A DNA stretch of 64,000 bases from an uncultured virus (IMG/VR IMGVR_UViG_3300042860_003997) (taxonomy: Duplodnaviria > Heunggongvirae > Uroviricota > Caudoviricetes). The position numbers and the translations under genes are program-made. Where the stretch lies: IMG/VR virus record IMGVR_UViG_3300042860_003997, one strand, 5' to 3'. How positions within the stretch are numbered: the stretch's first letter is position 1; each line of letters starts with the position of its first letter. Shown here in pieces: positions 53,401-61,062 of the stretch. The notes under the pieces are model-generated. The model saw only the letters and a program-made list of their open reading frames with translations. It was not told the DNA's origin and did no database searches.

Positions 53401-55899
53401 TGCCATACCAGCGCCACCAGTAGTAAAAATATCTTGTGCTAAATCTTTGCCATACTGAATTAATTCTTGAGTACTTAGTTGATCCATTTCTTCTGAAGTA
53501 AGTTCTTTAAATTTACTTCTAGCACCTAGCGCCTTACCTCCACCAGCAAACTTTTGAACCAAACCGCCAATAGCAAATTGATTAAATTTACTTAAGCTTT
53601 TAGGATAATATGTATAAATCTTTCTATTAGGACGGTATAAACCAGCACCTATAAGTTTAGCCAACATGGTTTCATTATTGTTACCTTTAATAAATCCAGT
53701 TTCAGGATCATTACCATATCCTTGATCTGGACGTAAAAACTTAGCTTCTCCAGGTTTACTTGGATAATCTAAGAATTTATTCCCACCAGCGGTAGGCAAT
53801 CCATATTTTTTACCTACAGACACTTCAAAATTTTTCCATTGAGGCATAGAAGGATATTTATCCTTACGTTTTTTCATATCTTTGATAACAGAGATATCAT
53901 CAATAGGTACTGGTACTACATTTGCTGTATATTTTTCTTTATTATTTACTATATCAGATAATGATTTATAGGTGGCTTTTAGTTGTTGACCACTGAGTTC
54001 TACTTTTCCTCCAAGTGCATATTTATTCATTTTATGCAAATTACCAGCACCAATAGTTTCTACAGCTTTTTTACGTATAACAAATTCACCGGGAGTAAGT
54101 AAAGCAGGGACGGTGTCTCTATTTCCGCTTCCTGGGACAACACCACCCGTAGCAAATTTTACAATACCACCACTATTAAGAGTGGTACTTCCTGATGTTT
54201 TAGAACTAACTGCTGATGTTAATTTATTTATAGCACTAGTTAATGTTTGAATAGCATTAGTATTATCTTGAATGACCTTAGAGGCTCTATTGGTAGCGTC
54301 TGCTTTTTCTTTGTCTTTGGCACCACTAATCGAGCCACCGATATTAGAACCAACATTACCAGCACCACCACCCTTTTTAAGACCTCCAACAAACCCACTG
54401 CCAAATTCACCTATAGCTTTAATACCCTTGACTGTTCCCATGATAGCTAATATAGGTAATATGGGCTTAAATGCTCCTGCTAAACTAATTAAACCGCTGG
54501 TTAGTCCTGTTACTATTTGAAACATTCCTTGAAAAGCAGAACTCTTACCAACATCTCTAATTAAGGCCAGAAATTGCTCCCTAACTTTAGCAATTTGATT
54601 AGCTAAACTTTTTTGTGCCACAACTTGAGCTTCTGCTAAACTACCCTGTCCTTTTTGAGCCACTTTTAATGCTTCTTGAGCAACTGCGAACTGTTGAATT
54701 AATGGAATAACCTTACCAATCTGTCGGAAACCACCAAGTTCTTCTACGATTTGACTAAATCTTAAGTCTCGTGGATCAAGTCCTCTTAATCCTTCACTAA
54801 GTCTTTTAATAGCCTCATATGGTCCAACGAATTTACCTTCTAAATCTGTTAATTCAACACCAAATTGTTTAAGCTGATCTATAGTTCTAGCTCTTTGTAT
54901 TCTAGTAAAAATAGTTCTTAATCCAGTAGCAATAGTTTCAGCGCTTTCACGCGTAGTTTGACGAACACTTGTAAAAATAGCGACGAATTCATTAAGAGCA
55001 TCTGTTCCTTCACTAACTCCTTTACTAGCAGCGGCAAACACACCACCAGTACGCTGAATAGCAGAAATTATATCTTTAGATTCAACAGCAAACGCAGCCG
55101 CTACAGCATTGATAGAACCTAAAGCCCCTTCTAGTTCACCGGCCTGTAATTCAAATTGTCTCAATGCAGCAATGGCTCCTTCTGTTGTATCTGTTAAATT
55201 ATCGAATGATGGAGCAAGTTCGGTTTTAGCTAATGCTGCTAGTGCTATTCTGGTATCTTCTGCACTTAAACCAGCTTGGGCTAATGTACTAGCAACAGAG
55301 ATTAAACTCTCACTACTAACACCAAGAGATGTGGCTAAACTAGTTATACTTTTTTCTAATAGGGCTATACCAGTGGCACCTTTACCTGTAACCTGTTGTA
55401 GCTTGATAAGTTCTTTATCAAAGTTAATAAAAGCTTTGAAACCAGAATTAATAGCGTTGATTAAACCATATATTCCACTAGTCACAATACTAAATGCAGC
55501 AAATCTTCTAATAGCTAATGCTGATTGCTTACCAAATTCTTCCATTTCAGTCGTGGCAACTTTTAGATTTTTAGCTACGTTTTTAGCATTTACAGCAGTA
55601 TTATTCATAGCAGAAGACGTCTTAGATCCAGCAGATTGTACCGTTCCTAACGATGACGAGAGATTTCTTAAAGAAGCACTTAAAGAATCTGTATTTTGTT
55701 TAGCTTGTACTAATACAGCGTTCATTGCTTGTAATCTACTAGTAACATTATCAACAGCCTTAGCAGATTTTGCATCTAAATTAATTTTTACATTAGACGA
55801 TACTGTACCTAATTGCCTTTTAATGTCAGCAACTATAGGTTTAAGATTAGATGGTCCCTGCAAATTAATTTGTGCTGTTAGATTAAAACCTTTAGCCAT
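44416..55899 (-). CDS. Tail tape measure protein (3827 aa) with internal multi-domain cargo array
   Basis: N-terminal TP901-type TMP core (FDKELIKL..VTG, LAQAG, AETIATGLRTIFTRI); Ala/Gly-rich helical and TM-like segments; position after tube and chaperone genes. Confidence 0.9.
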   Translation of the reverse strand: MAKGFNLTAQINLQGPSNLKPIVADIKRQLGTVSSNVKINLDAKSAKAVDNVTSRLQAMNAVLVQAKQNTDSLSASLRNLSSSLGTVQSAGSKTSSAMNNTAVNAKNVAKNLKVATTEMEEFGKQSALAIRRFAAFSIVTSGIYGLINAINSGFKAFINFDKELIKLQQVTGKGATGIALLEKSITSLATSLGVSSESLISVASTLAQAGLSAEDTRIALAALAKTELAPSFDNLTDTTEGAIAALRQFELQAGELEGALGSINAVAAAFAVESKDIISAIQRTGGVFAAASKGVSEGTDALNEFVAIFTSVRQTTRESAETIATGLRTIFTRIQRARTIDQLKQFGVELTDLEGKFVGPYEAIKRLSEGLRGLDPRDLRFSQIVEELGGFRQIGKVIPLIQQFAVAQEALKVAQKGQGSLAEAQVVAQKSLANQIAKVREQFLALIRDVGKSSAFQGMFQIVTGLTSGLISLAGAFKPILPILAIMGTVKGIKAIGEFGSGFVGGLKKGGGAGNVGSNIGGSISGAKDKEKADATNRASKVIQDNTNAIQTLTSAINKLTSAVSSKTSGSTTLNSGGIVKFATGGVVPGSGNRDTVPALLTPGEFVIRKKAVETIGAGNLHKMNKYALGGKVELSGQQLKATYKSLSDIVNNKEKYTANVVPVPIDDISVIKDMKKRKDKYPSMPQWKNFEVSVGKKYGLPTAGGNKFLDYPSKPGEAKFLRPDQGYGNDPETGFIKGNNNETMLAKLIGAGLYRPNRKIYTYYPKSLSKFNQFAIGGLVQKFAGGGKALGARSKFKELTSEEMDQLSTQELIQYGKDLAQDIFTTGGAGMAVGHEFIEVPKEKIIPELDQYLTSYIGKRGFWKEKIARFGQPAKITKNNDVSNRQNALESQVARQSDEVAAREQNWTAIKAGSAIDNYLLQSLQDPILTDYKTVRGSGSLDKAFHNTRLRQAVNKALENYDDFDYSAANIDKLVSSMAAKRFMYGGPVQKFMAGGVAESLSADSLYAQILELGNPQDVRGLAGGSSFIDQKLKAVQTSDKPATSKEIFKKNFLLSDRSKPYLSTIQELLEIANSNKKRPRIFTDAEKASATKLGLVGMFPFGVDELLYEQIGDRIVAIQMKSLTQDKAGIVDQMRKEIDAVLGRTTASLYGTSGQDLSTTTKEGLGLGNLEGYMIEAILAKAGANPGKLDDRSVDYASGLGNAASLFGIDPNIPTEVKRDVKGGLSKARDNFKNYFAKFAFGGKATGPSFEDVRKQILDKYPQINFRISKRKRGFGYNILGGLKQEGDNVGNYADFQQASNLEQLSALADKMANQLQYVYGPNIDPSLLKKKQKKFALGGLAEATGEMSSLMSGLYGNRSQEQNLPQKKEKEFGKIGLRSDGSEITATYFKNQTREGFVTAKKAADNLYTVGLSKATKGYGPRLYDVVMEAATSAGGMLTSDRNSVSGAARAVWDYYFNNRGDVKKTPLDPSQWTKNQSLIDPKLYGKKETWPPSTDPAWILQSGYSKNAELINSSEIINMNDPKYKQFLDSQKVSFMTQAVLAGNMRNNGGSIKKFAKGGSAEDTVPALLTPGEFVINKKAAKRIGYNKLHKLNKADKLQGYNKGGSVGMIQKFGAGGSPQPWPKDLMKYTTENKLALAAEQAEFFAYKAKEAGQTVSQFSKTLATKVVSRARDLQTNLKNKQTGLKYSVLGQADELKGSNNKDILKKAVEDFSNQIQEIDPSKSADEVKKTAQAIVRGLRDGLSLDAIKKKSQDVADVFSKVYKEGEATQEALKLVAKEAGMSSEALQRGVGSNRIRQEQFIQSDAGQNFGRLAQLIPDKLEKLSKTGFGKGFTGLANALSGKGLSEKLEKSFGKVGGFIGDKLDAIGGPLVALGSATAILGEKLPSLLGSQYATSTTAAGVAGGIGGAGQGLASGALLGMQIAGPVGAMIAGITGAVVGGISGAFEAFNQKKLENNLKALEKTSGDLSAALKRLSIEASDVNIKNVKSALGADLRNLENVGQQAQFGASGSARDWLEFTRNLPLIGGLVTSVTGGNQEAEARQAVVAGIERAFDSANRLGDINRSGAPLAQIQGLLSQANQAAEDAGGIKTEAGQKARDEILARGSQAYQQLRAQGASADSIFKAAGMKEAQQQGRDVSKELKMPGGEQKLIEEGKRALAIQEEAALKQELVADAMRNVSVQSDNLIDMYRRMQAGLERLGQSIDTIKNRANDAANVLMGQASITNVDRRSEQVLGNISAYSSNEVASVAEQTAVIAGGGEEGKRLADQIKANKLLTDQLPKLLKGATGQNVGGVVDELEKMFAQAQLTAPAGLFDSIEQELQSKLQGREESSIGDLAEELDIVGIASKTTGEALKTSQILQKQYNDATQTVTDLMNQYGKALNEATEWQLRATDIRARADIQLAETLGKTLSLAEQNAPQQQRILGLTSGVIQGGSLDPNKIFATMTAAIAELGQAGTENKPATGMYAELDKVKGTPAEAEQLALIAKQNNAINNSRKALEELANDGSAAANALKRLQEQQKVAAGSVNFLQKVLTSDATELDKMNKGLAAYTKLVSGKATAGDINSLQFRQQAFGGLQEMQGLLPDSVFNQMQAKMSEAMIDAMPGGSDMLDRSTGALYTADEIDPATGQKRAVTKEMTFRQALRMRAEGKDPVQQQFIDAYNAAVQAQQDAARLLATSSVQAAETFKQAATEALQARNEAPRSILERAKTEAEAVVTPPTEKPRENTLVKTEAQLDAEAKDKDPLSLGLENVNTSISNLTTAIYTLAGTITALVGAIAAYKTIQSAGGIGNAIGSAVDMVRGRRRRTGFGGSDAPSAGSRAAGNARKNARYDSDGVRGEASRAPKTQADIDAQRKRIEAKRTKAEQGTTPKKPVVATPTPDVKPKVSVTPPPVPGKTIVGQFPPPEAPKPQVKPDIVPPPVPGKTIVGQFPPKTEASLPKSATKAAGAVVDAASSLDEVVTVAQSVANIASGQGTAQDVVYGATSALEIANQTGVASKMPGLAKAGAGVSGTSGFLALNTVISGITNALEFAMDRAKYSQKMQDKSDTGLERAQTRDYTGFITDSLYGALEGLMDPIGKIVEARYVIKDLYSDVSNTVEAEAKTKRIEQKGKDIRAEQRGEQGKALNALPMIEQNRAMEEAQNKLELKKAQEIKNRGGSLADFAKTFDVSESSLGVGSLDELIAKREATIQALPQDRMGARKQEKKGTWDWSSNADPKGFSDAVQQELEFRESQLGKPLSAMEQMANEATKPGSIYTHDIHLAKILEKFVGGSSVAGAAASMIDNESLKKISEGAGQALQKGATSIYDTLTNTDKMKNVTQKATTTLLNPNESLAKGKDYITSFFKTKSPGMSKLADAKLDTNNKDIIKYFTDPNAFNLKTADGMDVPTATTSCECDLLTQILAAIKDYYNALNQKITSPTSLTPSAPIAAPTPPGVIPPTDMAPTPIPTPEVKPEVVAPAEKEKTNEFTLGEDYVTRAEKQYAPTPERKAFVQNELKDARKRARMGKKSATDDSVISASTFELRNIAQAEKVKKREEYLLKQNPKTRARLMTKAEKEAGLGDKLEAIERDREISSQGYATKNINDTTNGKMTVIGTSQPTQFDKDNRMAMPTATALNPQQQEALNRAGAMAQEHNQKMSELQRRQDAGETLTPQESNALSVHRNGQTAEQNILSQYPTPVPSNIPKPVEYTRQVQTTENRGSLDGGAQGDRNNINGMNGGLLSIDPKSLAGLTTFNSSFATYVDKLVNHQFPPIEGKVDINHKLEVNMTGAASIATLEKRLQELAVALIAPKIEELRKDIKKFIPDLQPSGTKGETKN

Positions 55900-55921
55900 T
55901 ATTATTTATATCCTATTAAAC

Positions 55922-55958
55922 AAAAATCCCCACAGTACCAACTAGGTAGTGTGAGGAT
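55922..55958 (-). terminator. Rho-independent terminator between chaperone and tape measure genes
   Basis: Minus strand ATCCTCACACTACC-TAGTT-GGTACTGTGGGGAT-TTTT; 14-position stem with one G-U pair and one mismatch. Confidence 0.65.
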
Positions 55959-55992
55959 AATTGATAGATTACAATAAATAAACGCAATACTA

Positions 55993-56871
55993 CTATGAAG
56001 CTTTAGTCTCTTCTGTTGGTTTGATTGAATCATCGACTTCCTCTTCCTTAGTAGCAGTAATTTCTGACTTCTTATCTTCTACAATAATTGGTTTACCGTC
56101 ATCGTCCAAGAATGGACTAAATTCTACAATGTAGTCTCCTTGTTGATCAACCAAATTACCATCTTTATCAACAAATTCTCCTTTTTCATTTATATATCTA
56201 CCATTCTGATCAATAAGTTTACCATTTTCGTCTACTAATTTACCTTCTTTATTAATTAATCTTAGTTTATCATCAACAAATTTATATTGCTTTAAAAACT
56301 TATTTTCTGGCAATTTATCTTCATAATCATTATCCAAACCATATAGCATATTAGCCAAATTTTGAGCAGCAAGAATAGAAACAGGGTCTGTGGCTCTATT
56401 GTTGTACTCCTCATAACTCTTAAAATATTGCTCTTTAGTATCATTATACACCGTACATGCTGAAACTAAATAGTTAAATCTAGCATTATCTGCCTGGCCT
56501 TCAGCAGTGTGGGTGTCTAGATTGGTCTTAACAGAAATAAGTTCTCTTAGGTCTTCTCTGGTTTTTCTCATCTTAAGGGCCAAATTCTTAGCTTCTGTTA
56601 AAGAAATACCACCTTTTGCTAACTTACGTTCACCTTCAAGAATTTCAGCTTGTAATTCTGTAAATTTAGCCTGTTTGATACCATCCCATAAACCCTGTTC
56701 CACTAATAGATCGTCTAATTTAGCTCTAACCACAGCCTTAGACTTTAAAGCTTCTGTAAATGCTTGGTTATATACTTTGGTAGCCTCTCTCTGATCCTGT
56801 AAAGAAGGAGATCGAACAAACATTTCTCGTTCTTTGCCATCAACAAAAGCCTTAAAAGTTCTAGTCTTCAT
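55993..56871 (-). CDS. Putative tail assembly chaperone with C-terminal (D/N)xxG repeats
   Basis: Position before the TMP; tandem 7-aa repeats INKEGKL/VDENGKL/IDQNGRY/INEKGEF/VDKDGNL/VDQQGDY. Confidence 0.55.
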   Translation of the reverse strand: MKTRTFKAFVDGKEREMFVRSPSLQDQREATKVYNQAFTEALKSKAVVRAKLDDLLVEQGLWDGIKQAKFTELQAEILEGERKLAKGGISLTEAKNLALKMRKTREDLRELISVKTNLDTHTAEGQADNARFNYLVSACTVYNDTKEQYFKSYEEYNNRATDPVSILAAQNLANMLYGLDNDYEDKLPENKFLKQYKFVDDKLRLINKEGKLVDENGKLIDQNGRYINEKGEFVDKDGNLVDQQGDYIVEFSPFLDDDGKPIIVEDKKSEITATKEEEVDDSIKPTEETKAS

Positions 56872-56873
56872 AT

Positions 56874-57152
56874 TTAGTCCTCTCTTTTATGAAAATAATA
56901 ATTATATCTAATGTTACCTTTAGCCTTATCTAAGTCTGCAATAGCTTTACGCAATTGGTTATTTCCGTTGTTTAATATTTGATTTCTCACACTATCCCAT
57001 TTATCTAAAAATTCAAGTTCATTATCGGTGAGATCCTCTTCTTCTTTAGTGTGTCCCCATAAATATCCAAACATTTTTTCAAATTCAAATAAAGAACCTA
57101 TCATTGTAGTTTGAAATCTTTTTGTTAAAATATTTTTTTCTTGATTTTCCAT
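56874..57152 (-). CDS. Hypothetical protein (tail module)
   Basis: ORF in operon. Confidence 0.6.
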   Translation of the reverse strand: MENQEKNILTKRFQTTMIGSLFEFEKMFGYLWGHTKEEEDLTDNELEFLDKWDSVRNQILNNGNNQLRKAIADLDKAKGNIRYNYYFHKRED

Positions 57153-57154
57153 AA

Positions 57155-58207
57155 TTATTTTTTCCTAGAATTTTTAAATTGATCATTTGTTTGAACAACA
57201 ATTTGTCTTTGTACGTCTGGCAAACTAGAATCTTGAATAGCTTCTGTATTTTTTTGTATTGTTATATGTCTTTCCTTTATAATATGTCGAGATGTATGAT
57301 CGTTCAAGTCATATATGTTTTGTGCTTCTTCTTGGGAATTAGCCATTACAAATATTTCTCCAGCTTTATCTAATTTTTTACCCTCTAAAAGTTTTTCTGT
57401 TCTATTTTTATTTTTAGTTTTTTCATTTTCCCGTCGTTGAAAAATCATCCATCCATCAAACATATCATCGTCTTCAAACACTTTATCTGGAGGACAATCA
57501 GGATGCTGATATGCACTATCATACATTTTAGTTAAAACAACTAAGGTTTTTTGCTCATCCGTCCAACCAATTGTAGGTTTATAAAATAAATTATCACTAT
57601 TTGCAGACCAATAATTTTTCCATATATCGCTTCTAGCGAGTTGTCTAAAAATATTAATATCTATAGTATTTTCTGCAACAGTAGTAGATATACGATTTAA
57701 TAAATTAAAGTCTATATCGTCAATATTATCAAATAATAATATATTATTTTTAGTATATATACTATACATTAAAATATACTGATTTTTAAGAGTTTGACTA
57801 TATCCTGATGGAGTATATTGATCTAATGAATGTCTTATCTCATAAGCTCTATTATATGCTGCTTTAGTATTATTGAGTGTGCGCCTTAAAGTTTTAATAT
57901 TATTAGGATTCAATACATTTTTATATAAGTCTACTTTTAAATCTTCTATTTGTTTTTCTAAATTTTTTAGATTATCATCTCCATTATAATTCCAAACCCC
58001 CATACTAACTAGGGTATCAACAATAGTATCGTCATGAATCCAATCATTAAATTTATTATTTTCATATTCTTCCTGAGCATATAATTCTGCTTCATATTTA
58101 ATATTCATATCTGGATAAATAAGTTTATATTTCTCTCCACCACAGAGAAAAATATAAAAACCAGATAATATCCTAGATAAATAAATCCCTAACGTTCTTT
58201 GGTCCAT
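57155..58207 (-). CDS. Hypothetical protein, possible tail assembly chaperone
   Basis: Directly follows the tail tube gene; HPDCPPD...DDDMFDGW motif. Confidence 0.55.
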   Translation of the reverse strand: MDQRTLGIYLSRILSGFYIFLCGGEKYKLIYPDMNIKYEAELYAQEEYENNKFNDWIHDDTIVDTLVSMGVWNYNGDDNLKNLEKQIEDLKVDLYKNVLNPNNIKTLRRTLNNTKAAYNRAYEIRHSLDQYTPSGYSQTLKNQYILMYSIYTKNNILLFDNIDDIDFNLLNRISTTVAENTIDINIFRQLARSDIWKNYWSANSDNLFYKPTIGWTDEQKTLVVLTKMYDSAYQHPDCPPDKVFEDDDMFDGWMIFQRRENEKTKNKNRTEKLLEGKKLDKAGEIFVMANSQEEAQNIYDLNDHTSRHIIKERHITIQKNTEAIQDSSLPDVQRQIVVQTNDQFKNSRKK

Positions 58208-58240
58208 AATCCTTATAAAAATCCATTGTCTTGATCGTAA

Positions 58241-58266
58241 CCAACCTAGTAATATTACTAGGCTGG
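58241..58266 (-). other. Stem-loop (perfect 18-bp palindrome CCTAGTAATATTACTAGG at 58245-58262) over the tail tube stop codon
   Basis: Directly visible; extendable with a G-U pair on the - strand; no U-tract. Confidence 0.6.
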
Positions 58267-59373
58267 GGTATAGGTACTATTTGCCAACTGACTATAGAAA
58301 TTACCACCACTATGGGCAACTACGAAGTCGTTGAATGTTGAGTAACTATATGTTACACTAACATTACCACCACCAGTGTCACCACCAGTGTAATTAACAC
58401 TAGTAAGCTTATTCTTGGTGCCAAGATAAATTCTTGTGCCTTCGCAAGTTTCAAGGAAGATGGTCTGGTCAAGTAGATTATGACGAGCAATACAACCAGT
58501 ATCACTAGGTGTAGCAACTGTATTACCAGTTAAACCACTATAGTAACCACTTTCTGTAGCGTTGATCATATCACCACTAACTGCTACAACTTCAAATTCA
58601 CTTGTTACTTCTACTGGGAATGTAACATAACGATGGTAAGGAGCTAATGTGCCAAGTTCTTGAATAGCTTCACGACCAAAATCACAGCTTACTGTGATAT
58701 TTTGGAAATGTGCAGCGTGTCCACTACCATTACCGATTAGTGCGTTTACACCACCAACTGTAATACCAGGGATTTGACTTGGGAAGCGAGAAGTACCCAT
58801 ATTTAGATACTGTCTACGGCCAACGCCAGTTGTTGATAGTGGAGCATCATCATTTCCATTAAATGCACCAGTCTGAGTACCAGCCCAAACCTTATTGTTA
58901 CCAACAAGTGTAACGTCTTCTGTGAAATTACCATCAACTGGGAATGTATAGCTAACACTACTAACATACATACCAGAGCAGGTTACAGCACTAAATGAAC
59001 TGCCGCTGGAACTAACGTTGGTGTCGCTGAAAATAGCAAGTTGCATATCACAACGAGCATTTTGGCGACCTGGGATTGTGGGATTAACAGCAGTTAAACC
59101 AGTAGCAACACTAGAACCCTTTTCAGTAGCTAGTACATAAATAAGAGGATAGCCATCAAGAACTTTATTTAGTGTTACTTCAACGTCGGGTACGTTTTCA
59201 ACGTTTTGATAAATGGCCAACTGACCCATTTCGAATACTTGTTCTAGATTAAAGTTGGTTGTGATACCAACAGTTTGAAGGCCGTGAACTGGTAACTTAT
59301 CTGTGTTAAGTGTTCCAGCAGCTTGACCGAGTACAACCTGTTGAATTGCATAGTAAATACGATTATTGGCCAT
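58258..59373 (-). CDS. Major tail (tube) protein
   Basis: Position after neck genes; beta-rich; GLQTVGITTNFNLEQVFEMGQL; strong GGAG SD; codon usage resembles the capsid gene. Confidence 0.7.
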   Translation of the reverse strand: MANNRIYYAIQQVVLGQAAGTLNTDKLPVHGLQTVGITTNFNLEQVFEMGQLAIYQNVENVPDVEVTLNKVLDGYPLIYVLATEKGSSVATGLTAVNPTIPGRQNARCDMQLAIFSDTNVSSSGSSFSAVTCSGMYVSSVSYTFPVDGNFTEDVTLVGNNKVWAGTQTGAFNGNDDAPLSTTGVGRRQYLNMGTSRFPSQIPGITVGGVNALIGNGSGHAAHFQNITVSCDFGREAIQELGTLAPYHRYVTFPVEVTSEFEVVAVSGDMINATESGYYSGLTGNTVATPSDTGCIARHNLLDQTIFLETCEGTRIYLGTKNKLTSVNYTGGDTGGGNVSVTYSYSTFNDFVVAHSGGNFYSQLANSTYTPA

Positions 59374-59461
59374 AATTAATCTCCACTATAGTATTGTATT
59401 GTAATGAGGAAAGCGAATTAAATACTCTTCTTCTCTGTATAGATACACATAAATATTAAAA

Positions 59462-60415
59462 TCATGTTGAAATTACTTCCACAGTAGCTCGTGCCATACC
59501 TTGATGAAAATTAGGATTAGGAGAATCAATTTCAAAAAGGCTAATATTTTTAATTAAACATTTTCTCCAAGGATATGTCTCTATAATATCTGGATACATT
59601 AAAGCTGCATTTTTAATATCTCCATTATAATCTAATGGATAGTTATCGTTTTGAGCTAAAATATTAGTATCAAATAGTTGTAATGTAATATCTTGTTGCA
59701 ATCGAAGTATATCTAAAATTTTATTTCTATCATTTTTATTTTCGGCTAATACATAAAAAGCCAAATCTTGCTCTAGCCATAATAAACTATTACCAATTTC
59801 GTAAGGTCTTGAGCGGGATCTTGGTAGTGATTCTATTACTATGGCTGGCAATTGTATTCTATGGTTACCTCCTATAGCCCACTCACCATCATCTGTTCTT
59901 TGGATATCCTCATTAGATGTATTAAATGAGCTGTACTGAACGATATTAAACCATGGGCTATCACTAGCCCTATGTGTTTGTATAAATCTATAACTATAGT
60001 CAAGACTCACATCAGAAGTTATAGAAATGGGGCTATTAAATATGATTCTACCCAAAGGATAATTCACAATAAAATTATTAGCTTTATTTATTACTGAATT
60101 ATTAACCTTTACACTATTAATCACTATAGGAGAAGTACTGTTGTAATCCACTCCGGTTTCCCATACCCAGTCTTTTCTTATTCCTTGCCATACTTGTCCG
60201 TCTAAAAATGCTGGATCATTAACTGGTAATAATTGATAGTGAGTATTGGTTCCATATAGTGTTTCATCTGGTGACTCTATATCAAACCAAGCGCCAATAT
60301 GTAAAAAGGCCCAGTCAAAATACATTTTAAAATTAGATTCTAAGATATTTAATAATAAATCTTGAGAAATATTATCAACACCTTTAAATGTTGTATTATG
60401 CTCACAAGGACTCAT
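59462..60415 (-). CDS. Putative tail terminator/neck protein
   Basis: Position; QLPAIVIE motif typical of tail-completion proteins. Confidence 0.55.
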   Translation of the reverse strand: MSPCEHNTTFKGVDNISQDLLLNILESNFKMYFDWAFLHIGAWFDIESPDETLYGTNTHYQLLPVNDPAFLDGQVWQGIRKDWVWETGVDYNSTSPIVINSVKVNNSVINKANNFIVNYPLGRIIFNSPISITSDVSLDYSYRFIQTHRASDSPWFNIVQYSSFNTSNEDIQRTDDGEWAIGGNHRIQLPAIVIESLPRSRSRPYEIGNSLLWLEQDLAFYVLAENKNDRNKILDILRLQQDITLQLFDTNILAQNDNYPLDYNGDIKNAALMYPDIIETYPWRKCLIKNISLFEIDSPNPNFHQGMARATVEVIST

Positions 60416-61050
60416 TGTTGTAGTGCTCTTTCTAATAGATTATTTATTTCTGCTTCTGTATTATCTATGGCTCTAGTGATCCAGTTATCTCTAATGGTAC
60501 CAGCAAATTCTGCTGGAACTTTCCAGTTTTTATTGGATCCTCTCATTAATGCAAATCCGGTACGAGATCTAGGATTAGGCCCCATTACTACTTCTTGTTT
60601 TTTTACAATAATTTTATTACCTTCTAATAATAACCATTCTAGCCATGGTAATCTATATTGATAGATATTATCTATTACATAAGCCAAGTCTGTAGATAAC
60701 ACATCATCAAAACTAGATTTAATTAAACTAGCGCTAAAACTACTTTTAATTTTACTACTAATAATTTTAGGAGGCATATATTCTATATATATATTTTTAG
60801 TCCAAATATCTAATAAACCAGCAATTTTAGCATTGGCATCTGGTATACCAAGTTCATATTTCAGTTTACCAGATACTAATGACTCATATTCTGGAGTATT
60901 AACAATAGCATTGCTAATAATAGTTCCTATCTCTTTTCTAATAGTGGTTATTGCATCTTTCATATAATCATTAATTTGTGGCAATAAAGCTTCCATAATA
61001 CTTTGTTGTATTTGAGAATTACTTTCTAATATTTTTAAAGATATATTCAT
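60412..61050 (-). CDS. Putative neck/tail-completion protein
   Basis: Position; WLLLEG...GT..DNWITRA pattern. Confidence 0.5.
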   Translation of the reverse strand: MNISLKILESNSQIQQSIMEALLPQINDYMKDAITTIRKEIGTIISNAIVNTPEYESLVSGKLKYELGIPDANAKIAGLLDIWTKNIYIEYMPPKIISSKIKSSFSASLIKSSFDDVLSTDLAYVIDNIYQYRLPWLEWLLLEGNKIIVKKQEVVMGPNPRSRTGFALMRGSNKNWKVPAEFAGTIRDNWITRAIDNTEAEINNLLERALQQ

Positions 61051-61062
61051 AAATACTTTTAA

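Noticed and set aside
55903..55910. TATAAATA (T4 late promoter consensus) on the - strand before the TMP
   Set aside because: It lies between the SD and the ATG in AT-rich DNA and was not noticed before other structural genes
55109..55945. 278-aa + strand ORF
   Set aside because: Antisense shadow of the Ala/Leu-rich TMP N-terminus; no motifs or RBS
55993..58207. Programmed frameshift in tail chaperone genes
   Set aside because: The three ORFs each have their own ATG and short gaps; no convincing slippery heptamer was identified
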